Below the pieces are notes generated by a model. The model did not search any database. It saw only the letters and a list, made by a program, of their open reading frames with translations, and was not told where the DNA came from. Positions 36,253-61,006 of a stretch of 64,000 bases of DNA are shown piece by piece. Where the stretch lies: assembly GCF_009914755.1 (NCBI RefSeq), contig NC_060936.1. The stretch is one strand, 5' to 3'. Source of the DNA: the human T2T-CHM13v2.0 reference genome, Homo sapiens. Position 1 is the stretch's first letter, and every line of letters starts with the position of its first letter. Both the position numbers and the translations under genes were made by a program.

Positions 36253-37900
36253 TTACAGGTGGTAGTAAGCTATGATCCCACCTCTGCACTCCAGCCTAAG
36301 GCTCTGTCTCAAAAACAAACAAAAAAAACCCATCACACCTGCCTTGCATTTCACTACCTAAGGAGTAGTAACTGGCTTACTGGTACTTCTCTGACACAGA
36401 ATCACTGTTAATATTGAATACCTTTCATGTACAAGTTCAATGCTATCAGTCAGTCCAGAACCCATAGAATTTTTGTCCCTGATGATTCCTGCCACCCCAT
36501 CTTATCAGCTGGATCTCAAGGTCACAGACCAAGCAAACATCCAGTTGTGGGAAAGGGTGGTAGTAGAAGGGCTCAGTTTGTGAATATAATCTTTCTAGGA
36601 TGCACTTCTAACAAATGTGCTAGCTCAACATATCTATGTGAATTGAGATGGAAAAACACTGCATCTGGAGACTCTAGGTTACGATGTGGTCTAGGGGAGG
36701 GCCACAGGGACAACCCTTTGCTGATATCCCTATAATCATATTAGCAAATGCCAAGTACCTGAAGTTCCTTAACCACCTCTTCACTCCAAACCTGAAACCC
36801 GTCCTGGCAGCAATGATGAGCACAAAAGGAAGGTGAAGGTAAAGATTCAAAACCTTTTCTGACTTGAAACCCTTTACTGAACTGATATTTTCAAAGCTTT
36901 TTTTTTTTTTTTTTTTTGAGACGGAGTCTCACTCTGCCACCCAGGCTGGACTACTGTGGTGTGATTTTGGCTCACTGCAACCTCCGACTCCTGGGTTCAA
37001 GTGATTCTCCTGCCTGAGCCTCCTGAGTAGCTGGGACTACAGGCATCTGCCACCACGCCTGGCTAATTTTTGTATTTTTAGTAGAGATGAGGTTTCCTCA
37101 TGTTGGCCAGGACGGTCTTGATCTCTTGACCTTGTGATCCACCCGCTGTGGCCTCCCAAAGTGCTAGGATTACAGGCGTGAGCCACTGTGCCCAGCCTAT
37201 TTTCAAAGCTTTAAGAACTGTGTTTTGTCAATAGTCAAATCGAAGTATACCTTTAATTAAACAATCCAAAATGGGTCACAAAATGTGTAAAATACTGTAA
37301 AAATAATCTTTGTTCAGCACATTTTAGTTTTAGGAAAGTTATTGCCATTCTTCCTGGGTGTGGATATGCCAGAAGGAGAAAAACTATAATAATTTCAAAA
37401 ACTAATTATTTACGTATTGCAAGATTCCATTTGCATGCAATATTCTCTAGAAAAGACAAAAAGTAGATTAGTGGTTGCCTGGGGACTATGGTGATGGTCG
37501 CATAACTCTATAAATTTACTACAAATCGCTGAATTGTACACTTTTAACAGAATAATTTTATGGAATGAAATTACATAATAAAGTTGCTTAAAAAAACTAT
37601 TTGGAATGGTTCTCAGATTTCTACTAAGAATTAAGTTATCTGTGAATACAACAATTTAAATCTTAAAGCAACCATTACCATGATCATTACTTCCTAATCT
37701 GATCATCACATCATAAAAGAATCCAAGACCTTATTTTATTACAGCGGCAGTGTTATTTTTCTACCCAAGAGAGAAAAAACTGGCTGGGCATCATGGCTCA
37801 CGCCAGTAATCCCAGTACTTTGAGTGGCCTAGGCGGGCAGATTCCTTGAGCCAGGAGTTTCAGATCAGCTTGGGCAACAAGGTGAAACCCCATCTCTTCA

Positions 37901-38086
<186 letters not shown>

Positions 38087-38180
38087 CTAAAAACAAGTTG
38101 ATGAAATAGAAAACATGAGAGATGATACCACTGCATCTAAACTCTCACAATTCCTAACAGAAGTATGTGATAATTGTTTA

Positions 38181-38501
<321 letters not shown>

Positions 38502-39474
38502 TTAAAGCTCAATCCACTAACAAAGCTTTGGAAAGACATTCTTTAAATATTCATTGTACAATGGCATTGACCTCTAGTAATGAGAGTTTAACTGGGCAGC
38601 CAACACTAAGTAATTTCCAATCTTATATCATATTTAGTTCAATTGAGCTTAACAAAAATTTTAAGTATATGTGTATGTCCAGAACCTCACATAAAATTCA
38701 ACTATTAAGAATTTATTCTGTGGAAAGGGTTATTATGTCCAAGCATGCATTCTTGCCAAGTAACATGGTATCCCTTTCAGGCTGACTGATCAATATCAGA
38801 TCTCTGACAGCTCAGTCTCTGGGTACTGTGTCAGCAGAACTGCTGCACTTCTAGTGAGTCTTGGCCCCATCTGAACAAAAGCACATACACACATACACAC
38901 CACCCCCACCCCCCACCCATCAATGCATTTAGCTTTCAATTTCTCCCTGCTAGATAATGCCAAAGAACATTTTACTTTTAAAAACATGAACACAAAGTTT
39001 TATCAATGCAAATATGCTATAAGAATATATTACTCAAACGAATAAAGTTTGGTTTTACATTGAGTTAAAACACAGATTATTTGCTTCTATTATGCAGAAA
39101 ACAGAACCACAAAATCAGTATCAAGGAAGTTCTATTTTTAGCTATAACCAGTGTTGCTTTAAACTTAAACATATTCCTATACATCCATGTAGTTCAGACC
39201 TTTCCTCAGCTCTCCATTCTTAGTTTCATTTTTTTCTTTTGCAATGTTTATTCCTTCAGCAAAATATTTTTTTTAAAAATCTGAAGTACATCTAAGTAAA
39301 CTAAGTCCATTAGAGGTATTTATTCTAAAGCTACTATTTAACTTACTTTTAAGTAGTTCCAAGCTATTCGCAAACAGGATAATCATTCTGCTAGCTAATA
39401 CAAGGTCATCAACATATCCTTGACTCAGTTAATCAATCATGTAACAAAAGATAACCTGTGTGCCCCAAACTTAC

Positions 39475-39606
39475 CACATATTTTGAGTGGTGCTTCAAGT
39501 TCTAGTAGGATAGGCTGACTGAGAAAGATTTCACGAGACTTTAAGCACAGTCCTCTGATTTCATTCTCCTGAAGCTGGACATTCTTACCAGGCTTGGACC
39601 CTCTCA
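39475..39606 (-). CDS. PPP1CC: PPP1CC exon 2 ([19 protein letters not shown]...APLKICG)
   Basis: Acceptor tttttctcttgcag, donor GTG|GTAAGT; 132 nt, phase 1-1. Confidence 0.98.
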
Positions 39607-39878
39607 CTGCAAGAGAAAAATCGCAATTAGTCCAATGAAGCCAAAATACAAAATACAATACGAGATTTAGATAAAGGGGCAAAAACATGGTTTAACTAGC
39701 TTTCTGAGTGGCTTCATTTTCAGGACACTTATAATAAACATGGTTTTAATGTCTAATTAGAATCTTAAAATCTTAGACAAGACTTAATTGCATCTTCGAT
39801 ACCAAGTAAGACTTCTTTTATAGTATTCCAAAAAAGGAGCCATCCTGTCTGTGCGAATGCTGTTAGAAACAGGACTGC

Positions 39879-48130
<8,252 letters not shown>

Positions 48131-48809
48131 ATTTTAAATTATTAAATTTAATTTTTTTAAATAAAAAATTGTAAAACAGAATTTATTACCAACATCATTT
48201 AACTTAGATATCTACATATCCTCAATGGATCATCTTCAACTGTTTCTCTGCCAATTTAACACCCACGAGAAAAAAAGAAATTTAAGTATACTTTGCAGTT
48301 AGCCTATTCCCAAGGCATTAAAATGCACTGCTTTATTAATTTCAGCAAAAAATGAAATATAAGAAAACCTGGTTTTCAAGTGCCACATAACAAGAGGAAC
48401 TATTAAGAAACAATGATCTCATTTTAGATGTATCATTACTTACCAGGCAAAGTACTTATTACAATTTTAAAGATCAAAATTAACAAAAGCTGTTTATGAA
48501 TAGAGGCAGTTATGGGCAAACCAGAACTTAAATTAGCAAGCCTTAGATGATCTTAAAATTCTAATGTTTCTAATCCATGCAAATTCCAACTTTTCCTGTT
48601 TCCTCAGAGAAATAAAGCCACACATATCCCTGCAGAGATAAGCAGAATTTTAAAATTTAGAAAGAAAATATTTAACAAAAAGTTCCTTTCTTACAGCAAA
48701 CTATTTTAATCAGTTTCTGACCAACTGCTGCCTCGAATAAATTAAAGAACTATATTAACTAGTATGAAAAAGTATGGTTCTTATATAAATACCTGGCATT
48801 AAAAGAATG

Positions 48810-48850
48810 ACAAGGTTTTCACCTACAATACAAGGTTTTCACCTGCAATA
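48810..48850. repeat. 2x20-bp tandem duplication (1 mismatch)
   Basis: ACAAGGTTTTCACCT(A/G)CAAT x2. Confidence 0.9.
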
Positions 48851-49409
48851 ACATTTCAAGAGCATTTCAGGGGTCCTTAATGACATTTAGTGTTTTTTTT
48901 GTTGTTTTTTTTTTAAAGACAGCATAAAAGGAAAGAATGCACAGATTAAGAAAAGGACGAGATATTTTCAGGAGCTTCATTTTAATAACTTACTTTAAAA
49001 GATCTGTAAATTCTAACACCAGAGCTGTCCAACTGTTCATGCCCTCGACTCCACCACTCACAGCATTTATAGTCCAACAATATTTTAGGACTGTATAAAG
49101 GCAAAAAGCAGTTGAAACTGCCAAGTTCCCATTATGAAGTGTCCAAGTTAGGGGATATGACTGAATTCTTACAAAGTCTTGGATAAGATGTTAGCATCCG
49201 TTGACATGCCCTTGAATCTGAAAGCAGCTCATTTCAGCTTCCGTCTTTAAAAGCTGAACCTCGCCCCTCTCCCACATCAACATGAATCAATTGCCAGGCA
49301 CCTCACAAGTCTTAGATGAGCCGAAATTTAAAGCTTTCTATTAACCTTTACTTAACCACTGGCCACCTTCCTTCCTACATAAGGTGACAGTGTTGTCTGT
49401 AGAGGGTTC

Positions 49410-49680
49410 TAGCTCCCGGCTATGTGGATTTGAAATCCAACTGTCACTAACTGTGTGACCTTGGTTAAGTGACTTCATCTCAGTTTCTTCTGTAAAATAA
49501 CAAAAACAAAAAAAATTGCAAATATCTTGCAATGGGTGGGAGAATTAAATGAAATCTGTCTTAAGTGCTCAAAGAATGCCTGACACACAGTAAGCGCTTT
49601 AGAAGCGTCAGTTATGATTACAGTAATAATTCATGGACGCAAAGTGCTTAAGACAGAGCCTGGCACATTGGAAAGATAAT
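49410..49680. mobile_element. MIR in intron 1
   Basis: ctaactgtgtgaccttggttaagtgacttc...cagtttcttctgtaaaat...gcctgacacacagtaagcgct. Confidence 0.75.
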
Positions 49681-50361
49681 GATAGCGTCAGCCTCGTTGG
49701 CTTCCTCTTCAGATGCACGCTCAGGAAAAGAGCGCGGAGACCTCTCCAAGATTAGAACAACTTAAAAGGATTTGGAGGGCAGGCGAAGACAGGTTCTCAC
49801 ACCTCTTGAGACATGAACGCTTGTTACCAAGTAACAAGAAATGGGCCCCCCAAGACCCCAGAACCACGAAAAATAAAAATAAAAGCAAGCAGGAAAAGAG
49901 CCCCCAAACCCGGCGGAACTCATGCCCTCATCAAACTGCCTTCCGAGAGGACGAGCACCGAAAAGTCCATCTCGCACAGCACGGCACACGTCGTCCAGGA
50001 GGCTGGACTGGGATCCCCAACCATCGCTCCAAAGACCCGTCCAGTGCGCGGGGGCAAACGGGTAGGGGCGGGAAACGTGGGGGTGGGGAGCGGAGTTTTC
50101 AAATTCCACGGCCGGGAGGAAGCCTGCATCCTCGTGCAATGAATGAGCGGAGCCTGGAGGGTCCGCAGCTGGCGACAAGTTGGGAATCCCGGGCTGGCCT
50201 CCCTCCGGCTGCAGTCCCCGGCCCGTGGGCCAACTCGAGGAGCTCACTCCCCACGGTGCTGCAAGCCCAACCGGCCTCCCAACTCCCCTCCCTCGAGCCC
50301 CCGGGGCCGCCTGCCGCCCTCAGGCCCGCCTCCCCCTTCAGCCGCCCGCCGCCCCCCTTAC

Positions 50362-50416
50362 CTTCCAGCAGCCGTTGGATAATGCTGTCGATGTTGAGTT
50401 TATCTAAATCCGCCAT
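50362..50416 (-). CDS. PPP1CC: PPP1CC coding exon 1 (MADLDKLNIDSIIQRLLE + 1 nt)
   Basis: ATG at 50416-50414 in strong Kozak context (GCGATGG); donor AAG|GTAAGG; 55 nt. Confidence 0.98.
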
Positions 50417-50602
50417 CGCCTTCCCACCGCCGACCCTCCCGCAGCGGCGCCGCCGCCGGCTCGCGCCCGGGACTCACACCTCCTTTCCCACGCCACGAGC
50501 AGAGGCGGTGGTGGCGGCGGTGGCAGCAGCCGCGGCGGGTCCCCCCCCTGCCACCCCGCTCCCTACTTCCTCCTTCTCTCCCCACTGGAACCACGAGAAG
50601 AA

Positions 50603-50615
50603 CAAAATGGCCGCC
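50603..50615 (-). promoter_or_regulatory. YY1-type motif in the 5' UTR region
   Basis: GGCGGCCATTTTG on minus strand, typical position just downstream of a housekeeping TSS. Confidence 0.65.
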
Positions 50616-50705
50616 GACTCCTTAGACAGCCTCGGGCGGCGCACGGATGCGCGCGGGGAGTGCAGCGGCCCGGCCGGGACTTCTTTATGGGCCATAGGGG
50701 GCGCG

Positions 50706-50760
50706 GGAGGGGGCGGGGCCCGGGCGCTGGAGGGGGCGGGGCCCGGGCGCTGGGCGGGGC
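50706..50760. promoter_or_regulatory. Three Sp/KLF GC boxes in a perfect 2x23-bp tandem repeat
   Basis: GGAGGGGGCGGGGCCCGGGCGCT at 50706-50728 and 50729-50751, then GGGCGGGGC. Confidence 0.8.
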
Positions 50761-52139
50761 GCAGATGGCTGAGCGCAACCGCGTCCCCGCATGGGATCCT
50801 TCCGCCAAACGGGCCGAGTAAATAGGCCCGCCCCCAATGCCGGGCCCGAGCGAGAGTTGCAAAGTTGCACGCGGGAGTTGGGGCTGGGGGAGGAAATGCA
50901 GCTGTGCACACCGCCGGTTGCGGCCATCGCCGGATCTTGTGCATTGAGTCTAGATGTTTGCAGACCTGGACAGGTGGGAGCTCACCGAGGGATTTCGGGG
51001 GTCCTGGAACTTACCCTTTAAGATAAATCTGGGGTGAGGATGGAAAAGAATAATAAAGAAAAGAAGGTTGACTTATTTTGGATTCAGATATACTGGAACT
51101 TGGGACAAGAGAAAGGTTTATTTGGTAACTAAAAAGAAAAAACCCTCTTTCAGATAAGTCAAAATGTAACAGTTAACTCATTGTGAGTGGTGGGTATATG
51201 GGTATTTGTATATATATTTTTTGTGCACTTCTGTAACTTTAGGGGTAAAAAATCCATACTCAAAGAAAATTTTATCATTTCTGTCCCTTGGATTTATCTT
51301 CCCTGAACTCGGAAAGTTATGTAATCATCGGGACGGTTATCCCGATTCTAGCCAGGGCAAAGTTGAACGAGCGCGTGCAGCAGTTAAAAGGGGAATTTGC
51401 AGATTTCACGCGTGCAGGCCGGGGGCGGGAAGAGAAGATGCAAGCTGCGCGGGCGGTCCTGGGTTCTGCAGACACCCGAAGAAACTTTGGCCCATTCCTC
51501 TCTGGCTTCCCAGCCTCCCCGAGGGCACTCCTATCCAAGGGGCCCCCAAACTGTGCCACCTCCAGGGGCTGCGCGTCGACTTTGGCTGGGTTTGGAAGTA
51601 CAGCCCACACTCAGCAAACAGATCGGCTCTCTTTCCTGACCTTTCCATGTACGTTGCTTCCTGCAGCGCTTTACATTTTGCAAAGCCCCCTCTCTCCGAG
51701 AAATTCATTTTGTTTCCCAAGGCGTGCAGGATGCACGAATCCCCATCTCAGTATGCCACGAGGTAATTGCACCACCCAGGCATCCTCTTCCAAAGCAATG
51801 TCCTCAGGGTGCGGGCTCCATGTCCCCTTACTTGGGCCCCCTCGCTACTGGTGCAGGGCCCTTGAGTTTCAGAACTCAGCCTATCGATCCACTTTCCTCA
51901 GGCACTAACTCACTTTCCCCTGCTACAGCTCTGTCCACCAGAAGTCACATAAGTGCCATTTGTCAGGCCAAGGCAATGAGCCCAGTTGGTGACATTCGGA
52001 GTTGGTGCCCAGCGCTGCTGTGAACATCTGGCTATGGAGGTCAGGGGGGGCTCTTGCTGGAGTCCACAGGACTTTGGGCTACTCCAGGGCAGGGTGCATC
52101 ATCGGAATGGCATTTAGGGTAGAAATATGAAAGACAGCA

Positions 52140-52540
52140 ATTCATTCAGCAGACAAATATTTATGGAGTACCCACTCTGTGCCAGGCATTGTTCTAGACA
52201 GGGAAGCAGGGGTGATCAAGACAGACAAGGCTTTTTTCTATGGAGAGTCATTTAGTCAGTCAGATGGTAAGCAAAGATGCAAATAAAAATATCAGCTTCT
52301 GATAAGTGCAGTGGAGAAAAATAAACAAGAAAAAAAATGCTACTGTGTTCATTTCTTAGTATGTGCCAAAAAATGATCTCATTGAATCCCCAAGATAATC
52401 CTAGGAATTATGTCCTATTCCTATCATCCCCATTTACAGATGAAGAAAGTGAGGCACAGAGAGGCTAGGGTGGTTGCTGAAGGTCACACAGCCAGGAAGT
52501 TACAGAGTCAGGGCTGGAACTCAGGACAGCCTGAAACCAC
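52140..52540. mobile_element. L2 end followed by MIR
   Basis: ttcattcagcagacaaatatttatggagtacccactctgtgccaggca; ccccatttacagatgaagaaagtgaggcacagagagg...aaggtcacacagc. Confidence 0.75.
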
Positions 52541-53387
52541 AGCCCTCGTTCATATTCAGTAAAACCCGGCAGTGAACCCCCAGCAGTGTTCACATCCCTG
52601 GCACATACTGGGCACATATCAATTTGGAACCCAGTGGAATGACTGAATTGTGTCTCTGCCCACAATACGAGTGCCATAATTTTCCTCATGCAAAATGGCA
52701 GGTGTGTTAACCTCTTGCAACATCATCAGGGCTGGAGGAGGACTTCAGACTGAGCTGGGACATGGGGAGAGCCTCTGTCCCCAGGTTGTTTTCTGCTGGG
52801 CAACTCCCCTCCAGAGTTCAGTTCTGCTGGCACATGCCTAAGTGATTAGCTGGCTCTGAGCCTGAGCATGGCATAGCTCACCAGGGTGGGCCCTCACAGC
52901 TCCCAGGAACCAGCAAATAGCCGGTGGAGGAAAGCACTGATTCCCTATTCGCCTTTTTCTGCCATTATCAGCACCAGTGGCTTTCCAAAGATGAGTTGAT
53001 ATAAGCATCCTGTCAGAAAGGATACAGCCTAATAAATGGAATGTCCCTTCCCCTCTCTAGGCCTCAGTTTGCCTATCTGTCAAATGAGGAGAGTGGATTA
53101 AAGTGCACTTTTCAAACTGTCTTTCCTGGCTCTACAGAGCTTTCTTAGGGGCTGCTGAAGATGATGGGGAGCTGATGATTAGAAGAGAGTGGCTGTGGCC
53201 AAATATTGGAAACTCAATAGTGTCTCTGAGGATACTTAGGCTTTGAGGGGGGATCCCAGTGCCTAAAGGGACCTGGCTGATAATACGAAAGAATTCAGCC
53301 TCTGGGTAGGGACTGGAGCAAACTGAGCCCACGTTTCATCCAAGGGGGCGGCCACTTCTCAGCTCCAGTCCCCTGGGGCCACTTGTG

Positions 53388-53553
53388 GCCAGATCCTCTG
53401 AGTTTTTGGTAAAACTTGAACATATGGATTTTTATGTTAAATGTTCCAATTTTAAAAAGTCGGTCATGAACTCAAAATCTTCTAAAACAGTGTGAGGCAG
53501 ACAAAGCATATCTGTGGGTTACATTTGGCCCTAGGCCAGCAATTTGGAACTCT
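53388..53553. mobile_element. MER103C-like hAT-Charlie fragment
   Basis: ccagatcctctga...gatttttatgttaaat...aaaacagtgtg...atttggccc...atttggaactctg. Confidence 0.6.
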
Positions 53554-53665
53554 GTTCTAGAAGGCTGGGGATGAACTTTATTCTCTCCGTCCTTCCAATT
53601 TAATGAGCATTAGGATTGTGGTGAGATGATTGGAAGAAGTGTTGGTGGCTGGGCGCAGTGGCTCA

Positions 53666-54540
<875 letters not shown>

Positions 54541-54722
54541 AGTGGGGGTTGGAAGGCTGGGCGCGGTGGCTCACGCCTGTAATCCTAGCACTTTGGAAGG
54601 CCGAGGCAGGCAGATCACTTGAGGTCAGGAGTTTGAGACCAGCCTGGCCAACATGGTCAAACACCGTCTCTGTTAAAAATATGAAATTTAGCCGGGAGTA
54701 GTGTCGGGTGACTGTAATCCTA

Positions 54723-54833
<111 letters not shown>

Positions 54834-55550
54834 TCAAAAAAAAAAAAAAAAAAAGAAGAAGAAGGTGGGGATTGGAGAAGTGGCCAGAGGCCAGATCACT
54901 CAGGGTTTTTGTTTTTTTTTCTCTCTTGTTGCCCAGGCTGGAGTGCAATGGCACGACCTTGGCTCATGTAACCTCTACCTCCCGGGTTCAAGCGGTTCTC
55001 CTGCCTCAGCCTCCCAAGTAGCTGGGATTACAGGTGCCTGCCACCATGCCCCGGCTAATTTTTGTATTTTTAGTAGAGACAGGGTTTCACCATGTTGGCC
55101 AGGCTAATCTCAAACTCCTGACCTCAGGTGATCTGCCCGCCTCGGCCCACTCAGGGTCTTTTAAACCACAAGAAGACGTTCGGATTTTATTCTAAGCTTA
55201 ATGGGAAGTCACTGCAGGGTTTTAGGTAGAGGAGTAACATGATCTTATTTCACTTTTTTTTTTAGAGACAGGGTCTTGCCCTGTTGCTCAGGCTAAACTA
55301 CAGTGGTGATATCATGGCTCACTGCAGCCTTGACCTCCTAGGCCCAAGTGATTCTCTCGCCTCAGCCTTCCAGGTAACTGGGACTACAGGTGCACACCAC
55401 CACACCCAGCTAATTTTTAAGTTTTTTGTGGAGACAGTGGTCTTGCTATGTTGCCCAGGCTGGTCTTGAGCTCCTGGGCTCAAGCGGTTTGCCCGCCTCC
55501 TCCTCCCAAAGTGCTGGGATTATAGGCATGAGCCACTGTGCCCAGCCTGA

Positions 55551-55887
<337 letters not shown>

Positions 55888-56014
55888 TAAGCTTTTTATT
55901 TTGGAATAGTTTTAGGTTTACTGAAATGTAGCAAAGATGGTACAAAGAGTTCCCATATGCCTTTAGGTTTCCCCTTAATGTTAACATCAACAGCCAAGGC
56001 ATTGCTCATAATTA

Positions 56015-56185
<171 letters not shown>

Positions 56186-56212
56186 TTAGCCGGGCTTGGT
56201 GGTGTGCACCTA

Positions 56213-56365
<153 letters not shown>

Positions 56366-56413
56366 TCACATCACATATAACCCAGAGAGCATCTTCTTCA
56401 AAATAAGGTCTGA

Positions 56414-57163
<750 letters not shown>

Positions 57164-57186
57164 TAGGTGAGAAGGAGAGGAAGCTA

Positions 57187-57459
<273 letters not shown>

Positions 57460-57501
57460 TCAGCACTGCACTCCAGCCTGGGTGACAGAGTGAAATTGTG
57501 T

Positions 57502-57990
57502 AATATATATATGTGTGTGTGTGTATATATATATATACACACATGTATATATGTATGTGTATATATGTGTATATATACACATACATACATATATATGTAC
57601 ATATATACACATATACACACATCTGTATGTATACACATACACACACATCTGTATGTATGTATACACATATATACATATATGTATATATGTATAAAATATA
57701 AAGTATACACATGTATAAAGTAAATGTCCATTTTATATATTTATATATATAAATATATGTATTTATGTTTATAAATGTATATATATTTATATTTATAAAC
57801 GTATATATACTTATAAATGTATATATATTTATACTTATAAATGTATATATATTTATACTTGTAAATGTATATATATTTATACTTGTAAATGTATATATTT
57901 ATACTTGTAAATGTATATATATTTATACTTGTAAATGTATATATGTGTGTGCGTGTGTGTGTGTGTGTATATATATATTATATATATATG
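57502..57990. repeat. TA/TG/CA-rich region with a 22-24-bp AT-rich minisatellite
   Basis: Units like TTTATACTTGTAAATGTATATATA repeated about 7 times at 57760-57945. Confidence 0.93.
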
Positions 57991-58146
57991 GTGGCTTTAC
58001 TGATTAGTCTTAGTTTTCTAATCTGCAAAATGGGGACATTATTACCCATCTCAGAATGTGATCGTGAGAATGTATCTTCCAATGTACTTAGGGTGCTAAC
58101 AGGAATAATGATGACAATAACAGTGATAATAGCTGGCATTTATTGA

Positions 58147-58323
<177 letters not shown>

Positions 58324-58378
58324 TAGAGTAGCTGGGAGGACAAGCATGCACCACCACACCTGGCTAATATTTTTGTAG

Positions 58379-58625
<247 letters not shown>

Positions 58626-59100
58626 TAATCTTCACACTATTTTAGGAGTTAGGTTTCGCCAAGGGAAATAATTTATAACCCAGCTGGGGAGGGCCAGAGC
58701 CAGGATTTAAACCCAGGGAATCTGATGTCACACTTCTTCCTCCAAACACAGAAGTTATGTTCTTAGGGATCAGGGAGAGCAGATTCTTTGGGATGTTCCC
58801 AGGAGCCTTCTTGGAGCAGGGGGATTTAGATGGGCTGTTCAAAACCTCTTGCACCAGCCTTGGCCTTCACAGAGCCTTCATTGTCGTTGGGTGTGTCTTT
58901 CTTTGAGAAGGCCCCAAATACACTTTCATCTGGAATTATCCAACAGTGAAACTAGGATGATTATCGCCTTGCTAAATGTTCCTTAGCATCACAAAATGAC
59001 TCACTCTGTGGTCGGGAAAGAAACAAGCTATCCCAGCATCTGGAGGGTGGATCGCACTGCCATTTGGAACAAAGTCTGGCAAAGGGAGGCTCACTTTAGA

Positions 59101-59269
59101 GCAGGGATTGTTGACCTGGGCGCTATTGACGTTTTGGGCTAGATCGTTCTCTGTCGAGCGGGTTCTGTCCTGTGTACTACATGGTGTTTAGCGGCATCCC
59201 TGATTTCTACCCACCAGATACAAGTAGCATGCCCCTCTTCTCCAATCATGACAATAAAAGATGTCTTCT
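59101..59269. mobile_element. MER20 fragment
   Basis: ctattgacgttttgggctagat...tgtcctgtgtac...gtttagcggcatccctg...ctacccaccagat...gacaataaaagatgtct. Confidence 0.85.
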
Positions 59270-59576
59270 GGCCAGTGTGGTGGCTCACACCTGTAATTCC
59301 AGCATTTTGGGAGGCCAAGGTGAGAGGATTGCTTCAAGCCCAGGAGTTTGAGACTAGCCTGAACAATGTAGTGAGACCCCATTCCTTAAAAAACATGTTT
59401 TGGCTGGGCACGGTGGCTCACGCCTGTAATCGCAGCGCTTTGGGAGGCCAAGGCAGGTGGATCCCTGAGGTCAGGAGTTCGAAACCAGCCTGGCCAACAT
59501 GGTGAAACCCCATCTCTACTAGAAATACAAAAATTAGCTGGGTGTGGTGGTGGACGCCTGTAGTCCCAGCTACTCA

Positions 59577-59777
<201 letters not shown>

Positions 59778-59980
59778 CTATTTAAAGCTTAAAGTACTTG
59801 CATATAGATACCCCTCTTCACACTCCAGAGATTCCAAATGTTAACATTTGGCCATATTTGACTTAGTTTTTTTTCTTTATTTTTTTTTTAGGTAAGAAAG
59901 GAAATGAAGTATTATGGTTGACACTTTTTTTTTTTTTTTTTTTTTTGAGACGGAGTCTTGCTCTGTCGCCCAGGCTGTAG

Positions 59981-60313
<333 letters not shown>

Positions 60314-60778
60314 TGACTATGTTTTCACTAGGTTACAACATCTAATAAACAAACTAACAGTCAACAAGGAAGAAAACCAACAGCCTTAACCCTCAGGGGC
60401 AGGTGGAATGAGTTTTCATAAAGCCAGATTTATTTCGTTTAAAAGACCGGCTTTGCTTCTGAGAGCAGGACATTCTGACTTTATTTATATTAAAATGTCC
60501 TTCCAAGTAAGAAAGGTGGTAATAGTGAGAGATAGCTATTTTTTAAATGTCCCATTTGGCAAAAAAAAAAAAAAAAAAAAAAAAAATCCAATCATAGGAT
60601 GACGGAGAAATAACTTGCAGCATGTTTAGGCGGTGATGGAAAGGAAGGAAACTGAGCTACGTGTATCAACATGGATTCATCTCAAAGCTAATATCAATGA
60701 AGCAAAAGCCAGCTGGGGGAAGCATTTGGGCTGGATGATGCTACTTACATAAAAGTTTAAAATGGGAAAACAATGTCA

Positions 60779-61006
<228 letters not shown>

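Larger units (their letters stand above)
49690..50950. promoter_or_regulatory. CpG island / PPP1CC promoter
   Basis: Very high GC and CpG density over exon 1; GC boxes at 50706-50760; TATA-like CATAAAG (minus) at 50683-50689. Confidence 0.93.

Noticed and set aside
50417-50476. Non-AUG N-terminal extension of PP1gamma
   Set aside because: In-frame TGA at 50476-50474 and no in-frame near-cognate start between it and the ATG.
49713-50825. 370-aa + strand ORF antisense to exon 1, with an internal AAAATGG Kozak-like start at 50607
   Set aside because: Low-complexity Pro/Ala/Gly/Arg shadow ORF expected in a CpG island; the apparent Kozak is the YY1 motif; no recognisable domain.
51206-52023. Overlapping 186-aa, 206-aa and shorter ORFs upstream of the promoter
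   Set aside because: Several frames are open on both strands in GC-rich DNA, mostly with non-ATG starts and no recognisable homology.
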